DNA of 25,258 nt from a virus. Its lineage: Duplodnaviria; Caudoviricetes. The notes below the pieces were generated by a model. That model ran no database searches and was not told where the DNA came from. It saw only the letters and a program-made list of their open reading frames with translations. The DNA lies in the IMG/VR virus record IMGVR_UViG_3300032289_002199, positions 1 to 25,258 of that record; one strand, given 5' to 3'. Positions 8,532 through 15,928 of this stretch are shown piece by piece (positions within the stretch are counted from its first letter, which is position 1; the number at the start of each line of letters is the position of its first letter). Position numbers and translations under genes: made by a program.

Positions 8532-10214
8532 ATGCAAGAAAATAAATCAATTGTTGAAGAGGCGCTTATTCAAATGAGAAATGTTGAAGAAGCTATTGCC
8601 CAAAATGCAAAAGGAATACTTGCTTCTACTATGAAGGAAGAAATCAGTCAATTAGTAAAGGAATCTCTATCTGAACAAGAAGAAGACGAGGTTGAGTTAG
8701 ACTTAGATGCTGAAATGGACATGGATTCTGATGAAGAAGACATGGATATGGATGTTGATAACGAAGATGAAGACGAGATCGAAATGGATCTTGATGCATC
8801 TGACGACTTTGATTCTGAAGAACCAATCGATCTAACAGGAGCATCCGACGACGAAATCCTTAAAATTTTTAAGGCTATGGGTGAAGAAGATGGTATCATC
8901 GTTAAAAAAGACGGTGACGATATTCACATCACCGATAACAATCAAGATGCTGAGTATTTAGTTAAATTAGGTGAATCAGAAGAAATGGAAGAGTCTATGG
9001 ATGACGAACTTGATGAAGAAGACATGGAATTAGACATGGATTCTGAAATGGGTTCAGACATGGGTTCAGAAGCAGATATAGACATGATTGTTGACAAATT
9101 ATTCGACGGAGATTCTCACCTTGAAGAAGACATGGATGACATGGATGACATGGATGATGAAGAGATGAACGATGAAGAAATGGACGAAATTGTTTATGAG
9201 ATAGAGATGGACGACGAAATGGCTGAAGAAGATGACATTGACCCAATGGGTGGAATGTCAATCGACGTTGACTCAGAAATGAGTGAAGAATCTATGGATT
9301 CTGAATTAGACATTGAGATGGAATCAGAAATGTATGAGGAAGATGAAATGGAAGAATCTTACGACCATAAAAGAGTCGGAGTAAAAGAGGCTAAAATGGC
9401 AATGAAACCTAAGGGTATTGGCATGGGAAAGCCTGACTTCAAATATGACGGTGAAACAGAATATAAATCACCAAAGAAAATGAAGCAAGGAACAAAAGGC
9501 GTTGGTATGGGTAAACCTAAGTTTGAATACAAAAAAGGTGAAAACATGGAAGGCAAAGCTAAAAAGGTTGAAACTAAAGAAGGTCAAGGATACAAAGACA
9601 AAGAAGATGAAAAGTTATCTATGAAGCATGGTAAAATTGCTTCTAAGAAACTTGATTCTACAAAATCACGTAGAGATGACGCTAAATTCGAAAAGAAAGA
9701 AACTAAAGAAGCTGCACGTACATATGGTTTTGGCTCTAAAGAAGGCAGAGGATTAAGAAAAGGTATTACTAACAACAGAAATTACGTTTACGGTAATAAC
9801 GGAGTTAAAACCGAATCTATTGAAGATGAAGTAAAACAATTAAGAGAAAAGAATGAAGAGTACAGAAAAGCACTTAACATTTTTAGATCTAAACTTAATG
9901 AAGTTGCAATATTCAACTCAAACTTGGCATACGCTACAAGATTATTTACAGAGCATTCAACAACTAAGAAAGAAAAGATTAATATCTTAAGAAGATTCGA
10001 CGGAGTTGAAAGTTTAAAAGAATCTAAAAATCTATACAAAACTCTAAAAGATGAGTTAGGTCATGTTGAAACACCAAGTAAATCTATTAACGAATCTGTT
10101 AGTAAGATTGACAAAGTAGTAACTACAGGATCATCAGCTACTATAATGGAAAATAAAACCTATGAAGCTCCTCAGTTCTTAAGAATTAAGGATCTTATGA
10201 GTAAAATAGGATAA
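8532..10214 (+). CDS. Prohead core/scaffolding protein (T4 gp22-like role)
   Basis: Directly upstream of MCP; extremely Asp/Glu/Met-rich N-terminal half, coiled-coil C-terminus (VKQLREKNEEYRKAL...LNEVAIFNSNLAY). Confidence 0.8.
   Translation: MQENKSIVEEALIQMRNVEEAIAQNAKGILASTMKEEISQLVKESLSEQEEDEVELDLDAEMDMDSDEEDMDMDVDNEDEDEIEMDLDASDDFDSEEPIDLTGASDDEILKIFKAMGEEDGIIVKKDGDDIHITDNNQDAEYLVKLGESEEMEESMDDELDEEDMELDMDSEMGSDMGSEADIDMIVDKLFDGDSHLEEDMDDMDDMDDEEMNDEEMDEIVYEIEMDDEMAEEDDIDPMGGMSIDVDSEMSEESMDSELDIEMESEMYEEDEMEESYDHKRVGVKEAKMAMKPKGIGMGKPDFKYDGETEYKSPKKMKQGTKGVGMGKPKFEYKKGENMEGKAKKVETKEGQGYKDKEDEKLSMKHGKIASKKLDSTKSRRDDAKFEKKETKEAARTYGFGSKEGRGLRKGITNNRNYVYGNNGVKTESIEDEVKQLREKNEEYRKALNIFRSKLNEVAIFNSNLAYATRLFTEHSTTKKEKINILRRFDGVESLKESKNLYKTLKDELGHVETPSKSINESVSKIDKVVTTGSSATIMENKTYEAPQFLRIKDLMSKIG
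9129..9155 (+). repeat. GACATGGAT x3 in-frame repeat (DMD)n in the scaffold gene
   Basis: Read directly. Confidence 0.85.
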
Positions 10215-10246
10215 ATAAAAAATAAAAAAAAACAAAACATACTAAA

Positions 10247-12049
10247 ATGGGAGCATTATTAGAATCAGGTCTTGTTGGTAACATCGGTCTTAAGCACCTT
10301 AAGGTTATCAAAGAAGACACAATCAACAAATGGGACAAATTAGGCTTTTTAGAAGGTCTTAAAGGTCACCAAAAGGAAAACGTAGCTCAGTTATTTGAGA
10401 ACCAAGCATCATATTTGATCAATGAAGCTGCAACAACAGACTCATCAGGTTCTTTCGAAACTGTAGTTTTCCCAATCGTTAGAAGAGTTTTCTCTAAATT
10501 ATTAGCTAACGATGTGGTATCAGTACAAGCAATGAACTTACCAATCGGTAAATTATTCTACTTTGTACCTCATATCCAAAGATATCAATCACCAGATCAG
10601 TTATTACCTCAAGATGGTGGAGATCACTACGCACCTTTTGGAGCACCAAATGGTCCTGCATCTCAACAAGCTGGTTATAATCCAAATGACAAAGATCTAT
10701 ATGATCTTTTCTATGAAGGTAACGAACCAGATTTGGATCCTCCAGGTCTATTCGATTATTCTAAAGGTACTTTCTCTGCAATGACTTACACAGCTTCAAC
10801 TCAAGTTTGGGATTCAGCTGGTAACGCATTAATCCAATCAGGATACGCAGCAGGTACTTACAGAAAAGTTATTATTGCTTTATCTGGTTTCCAATCAGCA
10901 GGTCAAGGTCAATTAATCGGACCAGATGGTAACGAACAAGATACAGAAGCTTTCTTAGCTTCATTACAAGTATTACCAATCACTAACGCTACAGCAAACG
11001 GATTCTCTGGTGTATCTTCACCTGTATTATTCAGAGTTGTGACTCAAGTTTATGGTAAGGGTATCGTTCAATACGGTGGTCAAGCACAAACTACATTCCC
11101 TACAACAGGAAATGGTGGTTCTTACAATAACGTTTGTGATTCTAACGGAGTTATCTATTTAGAGGCAGACCTTCAAGTTCCTTGTGAAGTTGGAGCAAAC
11201 TCTTTAGATGGTTACTCAGGTTTCACAACAACTGTTGCTACAGCTTACAACCAAGCGTTTAAGTGTAAGTACAGAGTGTACAAAGAAATGGAATTTGAAG
11301 ACAGATTAGGTGAGGTTTCTTTTGACCTTCAAGCAGTAACAGTTTCTGTTACAGAAAGAAAGTTAAGAGCACAATGGTCACCTGAATTGGCTCAAGACGT
11401 TGCGGCATTCCACAACATCGATGCTGAAGCTGAATTAACAGCTTTATTATCTGAGCAAGTTGCAGCAGAAATCGACAGAGAAATCTTGAGAGATCTTAGA
11501 AAAGGTGCAGCTTGGAACTTAAGATGGAACTACAACGGATGGAAGCAATTAGGTAACAACGCAGTTCCTTACACTCAAAAAGATTGGAACCAAACGTTGA
11601 TTACAGCAATCAACCAAATTTCAGCTCAAATCCACAAATCTACTTTAAGAGGTGGAGCAAACTGGATCGTTGTATCTTCTGAAATCAGTGCTATTTTTGA
11701 TGACTTGGAGTATTTCCACGTTTCAAACGCAGCTCCTGAGCAAGATCAATACAACATGGGTATTGAAAGAGTTGGTACTTTAGCTGGACGTTACCAAGTG
11801 TATAGAGATCCTTACTTCCCTGCTAACCAAGTGTTATTGGGTCACAAAGGAACTTCTTTACTTGATACAGGTTACATCTACGCACCATACGTACCTTTAC
11901 AACTTACACCTACAATGTACAATCCGTTTAACTTCACTCCAATCAAAGGTATCATGACTAGATACGCTAAGAAGATGGTGAACAACAGATTCTACGGTAG
12001 AATTACAGTTGATGGAGTTAGAACTTTCGACTTAAGAGAATTGAGATAA
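10247..12049 (+). CDS. Major capsid protein (T4 gp23-like)
   Basis: PIVRRVF, VSVQAMNLPIGKLFY, RKLRAQWSPELAQDVAAFHNIDAEAELTALLSEQVAAEIDREI, GYIYAPYVPL, GIMTRYA; strong use of C-ending codons. Confidence 0.96.
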   Translation: MGALLESGLVGNIGLKHLKVIKEDTINKWDKLGFLEGLKGHQKENVAQLFENQASYLINEAATTDSSGSFETVVFPIVRRVFSKLLANDVVSVQAMNLPIGKLFYFVPHIQRYQSPDQLLPQDGGDHYAPFGAPNGPASQQAGYNPNDKDLYDLFYEGNEPDLDPPGLFDYSKGTFSAMTYTASTQVWDSAGNALIQSGYAAGTYRKVIIALSGFQSAGQGQLIGPDGNEQDTEAFLASLQVLPITNATANGFSGVSSPVLFRVVTQVYGKGIVQYGGQAQTTFPTTGNGGSYNNVCDSNGVIYLEADLQVPCEVGANSLDGYSGFTTTVATAYNQAFKCKYRVYKEMEFEDRLGEVSFDLQAVTVSVTERKLRAQWSPELAQDVAAFHNIDAEAELTALLSEQVAAEIDREILRDLRKGAAWNLRWNYNGWKQLGNNAVPYTQKDWNQTLITAINQISAQIHKSTLRGGANWIVVSSEISAIFDDLEYFHVSNAAPEQDQYNMGIERVGTLAGRYQVYRDPYFPANQVLLGHKGTSLLDTGYIYAPYVPLQLTPTMYNPFNFTPIKGIMTRYAKKMVNNRFYGRITVDGVRTFDLRELR

Positions 12050-12067
12050 TCAATTATCTAACAATAC

Positions 12068-12097
12068 AAAAGGGTCCTCAAAAGGGACCCTTTTTTT
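12068..12097. terminator. Bidirectional intrinsic terminator after MCP
   Basis: AAAAGGGTCC-(TCAAAAG)-GGACCCTTTTTTT between convergent genes. Confidence 0.88.
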
Positions 12098-12323
12098 ATC
12101 TCCTCAATTTACTATATGTTACACGATATTTTAAAGTGTCAATCATTTGGTATGTTGTAGAATCTTGTACAGACCAAAATTTTACATTAGACGGATAATT
12201 AAAAACTTGTTTCATATTATACTTTCGATGGTTAACTAAGTAACTATTGTATAATACTTTGTTTGAACATGATGTTGTGATGAAAAATAACCCAACACAA
12301 AGTAATAAAAATATTTTTTTCAT
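12096..12323 (-). CDS. Small predicted lipoprotein
   Basis: MKK + hydrophobic core + lipobox-like TTSC (Cys19); has its own consensus host promoter. Confidence 0.7.
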   Translation of the reverse strand: MKKIFLLLCVGLFFITTSCSNKVLYNSYLVNHRKYNMKQVFNYPSNVKFWSVQDSTTYQMIDTLKYRVTYSKLRR

Positions 12324-12342
12324 AAATCTTTAATAATTTCAG

Positions 12343-12373
12343 CAAAGATAGTGTTTTTTATAAAATACACAAA
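12343..12373 (-). promoter_or_regulatory. Bacteroidota primary-sigma promoter (-33 TTTG / -7 TAnnTTTG)
   Basis: Minus strand: TTTG (12373-12370), 19-nt spacer, TATCTTTG (12350-12343), 19 nt upstream of the ATG; perfect consensus. Confidence 0.75.
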
Positions 12374-12408
12374 TTCTTTATTTGAAAGATATTTATAAAT
12401 AAAATGTA

Positions 12409-13518
12409 ATGGGTGGATTAATAATTAGTGAAAGTGAAAGGGTTGACATATTACGTCAATATAAATTGATTTTAGAACAAAAAGAAGTTGCCAGATCCCC
12501 ATTAGTTATTGATAAGTTGATTACATTCCCTCAGGGGTATCACAGTGTAAAATATTTAACTGATTTAGTACCTGAAATAGAAAAAATAACTGAATATTTA
12601 AAATCCTCCAAAGGTAAAACCTTTGTGGTCAATGTTGAAATTTCTTCAGGTGAGTCTCAAATACCCAATAATGACAAAGAAACTGAAGAAAAGGAAGGTA
12701 GAAAACAAGGGTGGTTAGCCCAAAAAAGACAGACATCAATTACACAATACATTACGGATCAATTAAAATCCTACGTCGATTCGGGTTTATTAGCGTCATT
12801 ACCCCAATTTACTGTTAATCCTATTACGATAGGTGAAACTGCATGGGTGGGACAAACATTTAAACAACCTAACGGTGAAAAATATCTTTGTACTGAGAAA
12901 GAAATTAGAACAGGTTGTGCAAAAAAATTTTACGCTTGTAGACAATCAAGTTGTAAGGACCTTGCCGAAAAATATGCCAGTGAACAATATATTCGTGTGA
13001 ATATAACTTTGAACGAAGAAATAGAAGAGATATCTGAAGAAAAAAAGTGTTTAGATAATATGACAATTGAGGTTAACTATACTAAAAATGACCATAATTG
13101 TAATGCTGCAGTTTATAAAATTTTTATCAACGATATTCTCTTAATTAGGGATGACGGAAAACCTTTTGCAAGTTTGAATAATGATACAGTAAACACTAAC
13201 AAAGAACTTGATTATTATAACAATGACCTCAAAAAAGGTGGCGCTAGATATAATAAATTTATTATTACTCCCGAGATTGCCGCACAATTATTAGAAGGTG
13301 GTAAAACTACTTTTACTATTAGTGCAATGTGTTGGAATCCATTGGGTTATAGTTTCCCTAGTTGGGGAACTGGTTGTCACGAAGGTGTTGGTAATATTAT
13401 TGTTACAAATGGTAATGGAGAAAAATTTACGTATGATTCGGTGACTCCAAGAAAAAAAGATGAAGTCAAAGTTTTGGTAACAATTAATTCTTGTGGGTCT
13501 AAGGTGGTGAAAAAATAA
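12409..13518 (+). CDS. Hypothetical Cys-rich protein with a degenerate OmpA C-terminal-like domain; probably virion-associated
   Basis: N-terminal IISESERVDILRQYKLILEQ; ITF...EKITEYLK...VEISSGES...LAQKRQTSITQYI...IGE...IRVNITL follows the OmpA-like motif order; TATTTAT at 12390-12396. Confidence 0.6.
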   Translation: MGGLIISESERVDILRQYKLILEQKEVARSPLVIDKLITFPQGYHSVKYLTDLVPEIEKITEYLKSSKGKTFVVNVEISSGESQIPNNDKETEEKEGRKQGWLAQKRQTSITQYITDQLKSYVDSGLLASLPQFTVNPITIGETAWVGQTFKQPNGEKYLCTEKEIRTGCAKKFYACRQSSCKDLAEKYASEQYIRVNITLNEEIEEISEEKKCLDNMTIEVNYTKNDHNCNAAVYKIFINDILLIRDDGKPFASLNNDTVNTNKELDYYNNDLKKGGARYNKFIITPEIAAQLLEGGKTTFTISAMCWNPLGYSFPSWGTGCHEGVGNIIVTNGNGEKFTYDSVTPRKKDEVKVLVTINSCGSKVVKK

Positions 13519-13558
13519 TTGATTTCAAACAAATCCTCGATATATTTATTTTTAGATT

Positions 13559-13637
13559 TTAGTTTATCAGTCCCCAGTCTGAATGGCTGTATAGTATTCA
13601 CGGATACAAAGGTATTGGTAACGTAGTCATAAGCTAA
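13559..13637 (+). ncRNA. Candidate structured RNA (three-way junction) in the leader of the zinc-ribbon gene
   Basis: Hand-folded: P1 13564-13571/13614-13621, P2 13575-13579/13585-13589, P3 13594-13598/13603-13607; richer in G+C than other intergenic DNA here. Confidence 0.45.
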
Positions 13638-13653
13638 TATAAAATTAAAAAAA

Positions 13654-14406
13654 ATGAATTACGCAACACAAGTGAGCAAGCCGACTGCGCACATCACAAA
13701 GAAAAAGTCGAGATTAAAAGTCTATAATGGACACGTTGTCTTCCTTAACGATAAAGACAATTTTGAATTCGAAATCCATAATCCAAAAAACAAAACGGTT
13801 CTCTGTAAGATTAAATTGAATGGTGAATACATTTCCACAAGTGGTGTTGTATTAAGACCAGGTCAGAGAGTGTTTTTAGAACGTTTCCTTGACTCCAATA
13901 ACAAGTTTGAGTTCAGTACCTACAAAGTAAAAGATACGTCTGAAAATAGGTCTGCAATCGATTTAAATGGAAATGTATTAATCGAGTTCTATGATGAACA
14001 ACAAGTTGTAAATAATTTCTATTTAGGTGGAAGAACATTGTATGGTAGTCCAAGTACCATTGGTTATGTTCCACAATTTGGAACAACGATTACAACAACA
14101 GGAGGAGTTACATATGGAACAACTAATCTTGGTAATTATAACTCAACTTATACAAGTTCTGTTACTATGGATTCAGTTGGTAATATTGAAACAGGTAGGG
14201 TTGAAAAAGGGAATGAATCAGATCAATCTTTTACCAATTCATACGAACAATTTAATTATCATACATCACATACAATTAAGTTTAAAATTGAACCTGCAAG
14301 TACAAAAAACATTGAGGTAGATGAAATCAGAAACTATTGTCCTGAATGTGGTAAAAAACAAAAGAAGGAACATAAATTTTGTCCTTCTTGTGGAACAAAA
14401 TTATAA
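13654..14406 (+). CDS. Hypothetical protein with a beta-rich N-domain, Thr/Gly-rich linker and C-terminal zinc ribbon
   Basis: C-terminal YCPECG-x8-FCPSCGTKL (two CxxC pairs). Confidence 0.8.
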   Translation: MNYATQVSKPTAHITKKKSRLKVYNGHVVFLNDKDNFEFEIHNPKNKTVLCKIKLNGEYISTSGVVLRPGQRVFLERFLDSNNKFEFSTYKVKDTSENRSAIDLNGNVLIEFYDEQQVVNNFYLGGRTLYGSPSTIGYVPQFGTTITTTGGVTYGTTNLGNYNSTYTSSVTMDSVGNIETGRVEKGNESDQSFTNSYEQFNYHTSHTIKFKIEPASTKNIEVDEIRNYCPECGKKQKKEHKFCPSCGTKL

Positions 14407-14409
14407 ACG

Positions 14410-14438
14410 AAAAAGGACCCCGTGAGGTCCTTTTTTTT
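14410..14438. terminator. Bidirectional intrinsic terminator
   Basis: AAAAAGGACC-CCGTGA-GGTCCTTTTTTTT between convergent genes. Confidence 0.88.
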
Positions 14439-14655
14439 ATTCTGTAGATATTATTCTTAGTGATTTTGATATTGATTCAGATTCTTTGAGATCATACAAT
14501 CCTCTTTCATATCCGTATTTAAGTGCCTCTGCAATAATCAGAATGGCTTGTTCTTTTTTTAGGTTGTCTAAAAAAACACCTAATGATTTTTCATCTGCAT
14601 ATTGGATGGTACCAAATAGTGCTCCTTGAATTTGTTGTTCAGTTGCTCCTGTCAT
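14437..14655 (-). CDS. Small hypothetical protein
   Basis: 72-aa ORF ending at the terminator; protein-like composition (LFGTIQY, GLYDLKESE). Confidence 0.7.
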   Translation of the reverse strand: MTGATEQQIQGALFGTIQYADEKSLGVFLDNLKKEQAILIIAEALKYGYERGLYDLKESESISKSLRIISTE

Positions 14656-14682
14656 AATTGTAATTTTATGATATTTATTTAC

Positions 14683-15042
14683 ATGAGTAAAGATTTCTTG
14701 AAAGAAGATTTAGCAGTTTGGTTTGGAACTAAAAAGAAACCTAAGGGTAGTAAACAACCACAGGGACCATGGGTTAATATTTGTCGTAAAGATAAGAATG
14801 GTAAACATCCTACTTGTGGTAGACCTGAAGCAGATGATAAGGGTTATCCTAAGTGTCGTGCTATGGGTGTTGCTAGAAAAATGTCTGAGGATCAAAAAAG
14901 GGCGGCATGTAGACAAAAAAGGACTGCGGAGAAAAAGGATACTCAAACAGGTAAAGGTCAAAAACCTGTAAGAACTTCATACAAACCAAAAAACGAAGGA
15001 ATCAGAGGAATTATTTTTAAGATACTAAGAGAGTCCTTCTAA
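14683..15042 (+). CDS. Basic Cys-containing hypothetical protein (WF...WVNIC...CGR...YPKCR module)
   Basis: Start reassigned to ATG 14683 (MSKDFLKED): TATTTAT lies at 14672-14678 and the longer start overlaps the opposite-strand gene. Confidence 0.7.
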   Translation: MSKDFLKEDLAVWFGTKKKPKGSKQPQGPWVNICRKDKNGKHPTCGRPEADDKGYPKCRAMGVARKMSEDQKRAACRQKRTAEKKDTQTGKGQKPVRTSYKPKNEGIRGIIFKILRESF

Positions 15043-15426
15043 TATTTTCTTTAATGAATGTTTAATGTTATTAGTAATTTTTACCTCTAATTCATTTTTT
15101 TTCTTTTCGGAAATATCATCAAATTTTTTTAGAATTTTACTGTAACATTCGTTATTTTCCATATAAATACTATAACTGTATATGTGATTGATGATATGGA
15201 CGACTCTATTCTCTATGGTGATAGCCATTCCTTTTTCATCATTAACAATAAATCTTTTGTTGGATACTGGTGCGTAAACTAACGTTGTGTCCTCGTAATC
15301 AAGAACCTTTAGGACGATATCTGTACATGTTTCAACTTCTTCAGCTATCGGAGGCCTTGGGTCGAATTTATCTTTTAGATACAAAAATAGTTTAAATAGT
15401 ATTCCAGAATTTTCATTTTGGTTCAT
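15025..15426 (-). CDS. Hypothetical protein
   Basis: Start reassigned to ATG 15426 (MNQNENSG), which lies 4 nt after a TATATTTG -7 element. Confidence 0.7.
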   Translation of the reverse strand: MNQNENSGILFKLFLYLKDKFDPRPPIAEEVETCTDIVLKVLDYEDTTLVYAPVSNKRFIVNDEKGMAITIENRVVHIINHIYSYSIYMENNECYSKILKKFDDISEKKKNELEVKITNNIKHSLKKILEGLS

Positions 15427-15430
15427 ATTA

Positions 15431-15461
15431 CAAATATAAATCAATTTTTCGAATTAACAAT
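15431..15461 (-). promoter_or_regulatory. Bacteroidota-type promoter
   Basis: Minus strand: ATTG (15461-15458; 3/4 match to TTTG), 19-nt spacer, TATATTTG (15438-15431). Confidence 0.55.
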
Positions 15462-15927
15462 ATGCACCTGAACATTGTTTTTTACCGTCTAAACCTTTGA
15501 TTTTTCCTTTACAAACTTGAACTGCATATCCGTTAGCATAAGCACTTGGGTAAACCTTGAATTTGGATTGAGCTGCTGATTTGCCTCTTGCACAAAGTTT
15601 TGTCCCTGTTTTTTTTCTACCTTCTGTCATTTCTTCGTAATCAATATATTGGTTACTTTTTTTTGTTTCGTTCATCATAAAATCAAATACTTGATCTAAA
15701 TTTTCTTTAGCGACACTGATGTGGTCATCTGCCCAATCATGTCCATTTTGAATAATTTCATCAATAATTTCTTCATCTAATTCCATCAACATATCGATTT
15801 GTCTTTTCATTTGTTGAAGATTGGAAAACGTCATATAGTTTTCAGTTCTGTGATTGGCCTCGTTTATTGCCCTTCTTATCAAATCAGTAAGTTGTGATTC
15901 TGATAATGTTACGATTTTCTTTGTCAT
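15454..15927 (-). CDS. Hypothetical, probably head-associated protein with a C-terminal YPSAYANG module
   Basis: N-terminal KKIVTLSESQLTDLIRRAINE; C-terminal LCARGK...FKVYPSAYANGYAVQVCKG. Confidence 0.75.
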   Translation of the reverse strand: MTKKIVTLSESQLTDLIRRAINEANHRTENYMTFSNLQQMKRQIDMLMELDEEIIDEIIQNGHDWADDHISVAKENLDQVFDFMMNETKKSNQYIDYEEMTEGRKKTGTKLCARGKSAAQSKFKVYPSAYANGYAVQVCKGKIKGLDGKKQCSGAYC

Positions 15928-15928
15928 A

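Noticed and set aside
1494-9155. Short tandem repeats as a CRISPR array or DGR repeats
   Set aside because: They are in-frame 9-bp coding repeats without spacers; no cas or reverse transcriptase gene and no TR/VR pair was noticed.
2064-12049. Introns or inteins in TerL, portal or MCP
   Set aside because: The ORFs are continuous, of ordinary length, and show no intein splice-junction or homing endonuclease motifs.
12394-12401. Exact T4 late promoter TATAAATA before the 12409 gene
   Set aside because: It is a single case overlapping a TATTTAT copy; the other structural genes lack it on the sense strand.
13567-13582. TCAG-TCCCCAGT-CTGA resembles the twister ribozyme P4/L4 hairpin
   Set aside because: I could not build the required P2 and both pseudoknots, and the hairpin conflicts with the better three-way-junction fold.
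13377-13601. 74-aa minus-strand ORF spanning the candidate RNA region
   Set aside because: It mostly overlaps the 12409 gene in antisense and has no promoter or recognisable features.
13570-13612. Canonical hammerhead ribozyme
   Set aside because: The core reads CUGUAUA and AAAG instead of CUGANGA and GAAA; kept only as an unclassified RNA candidate.
14626-14682. Longer start for the 14626..15042 ORF
   Set aside because: The extension overlaps the opposite-strand gene and the TATTTAT motif; ATG 14683 is more plausible.
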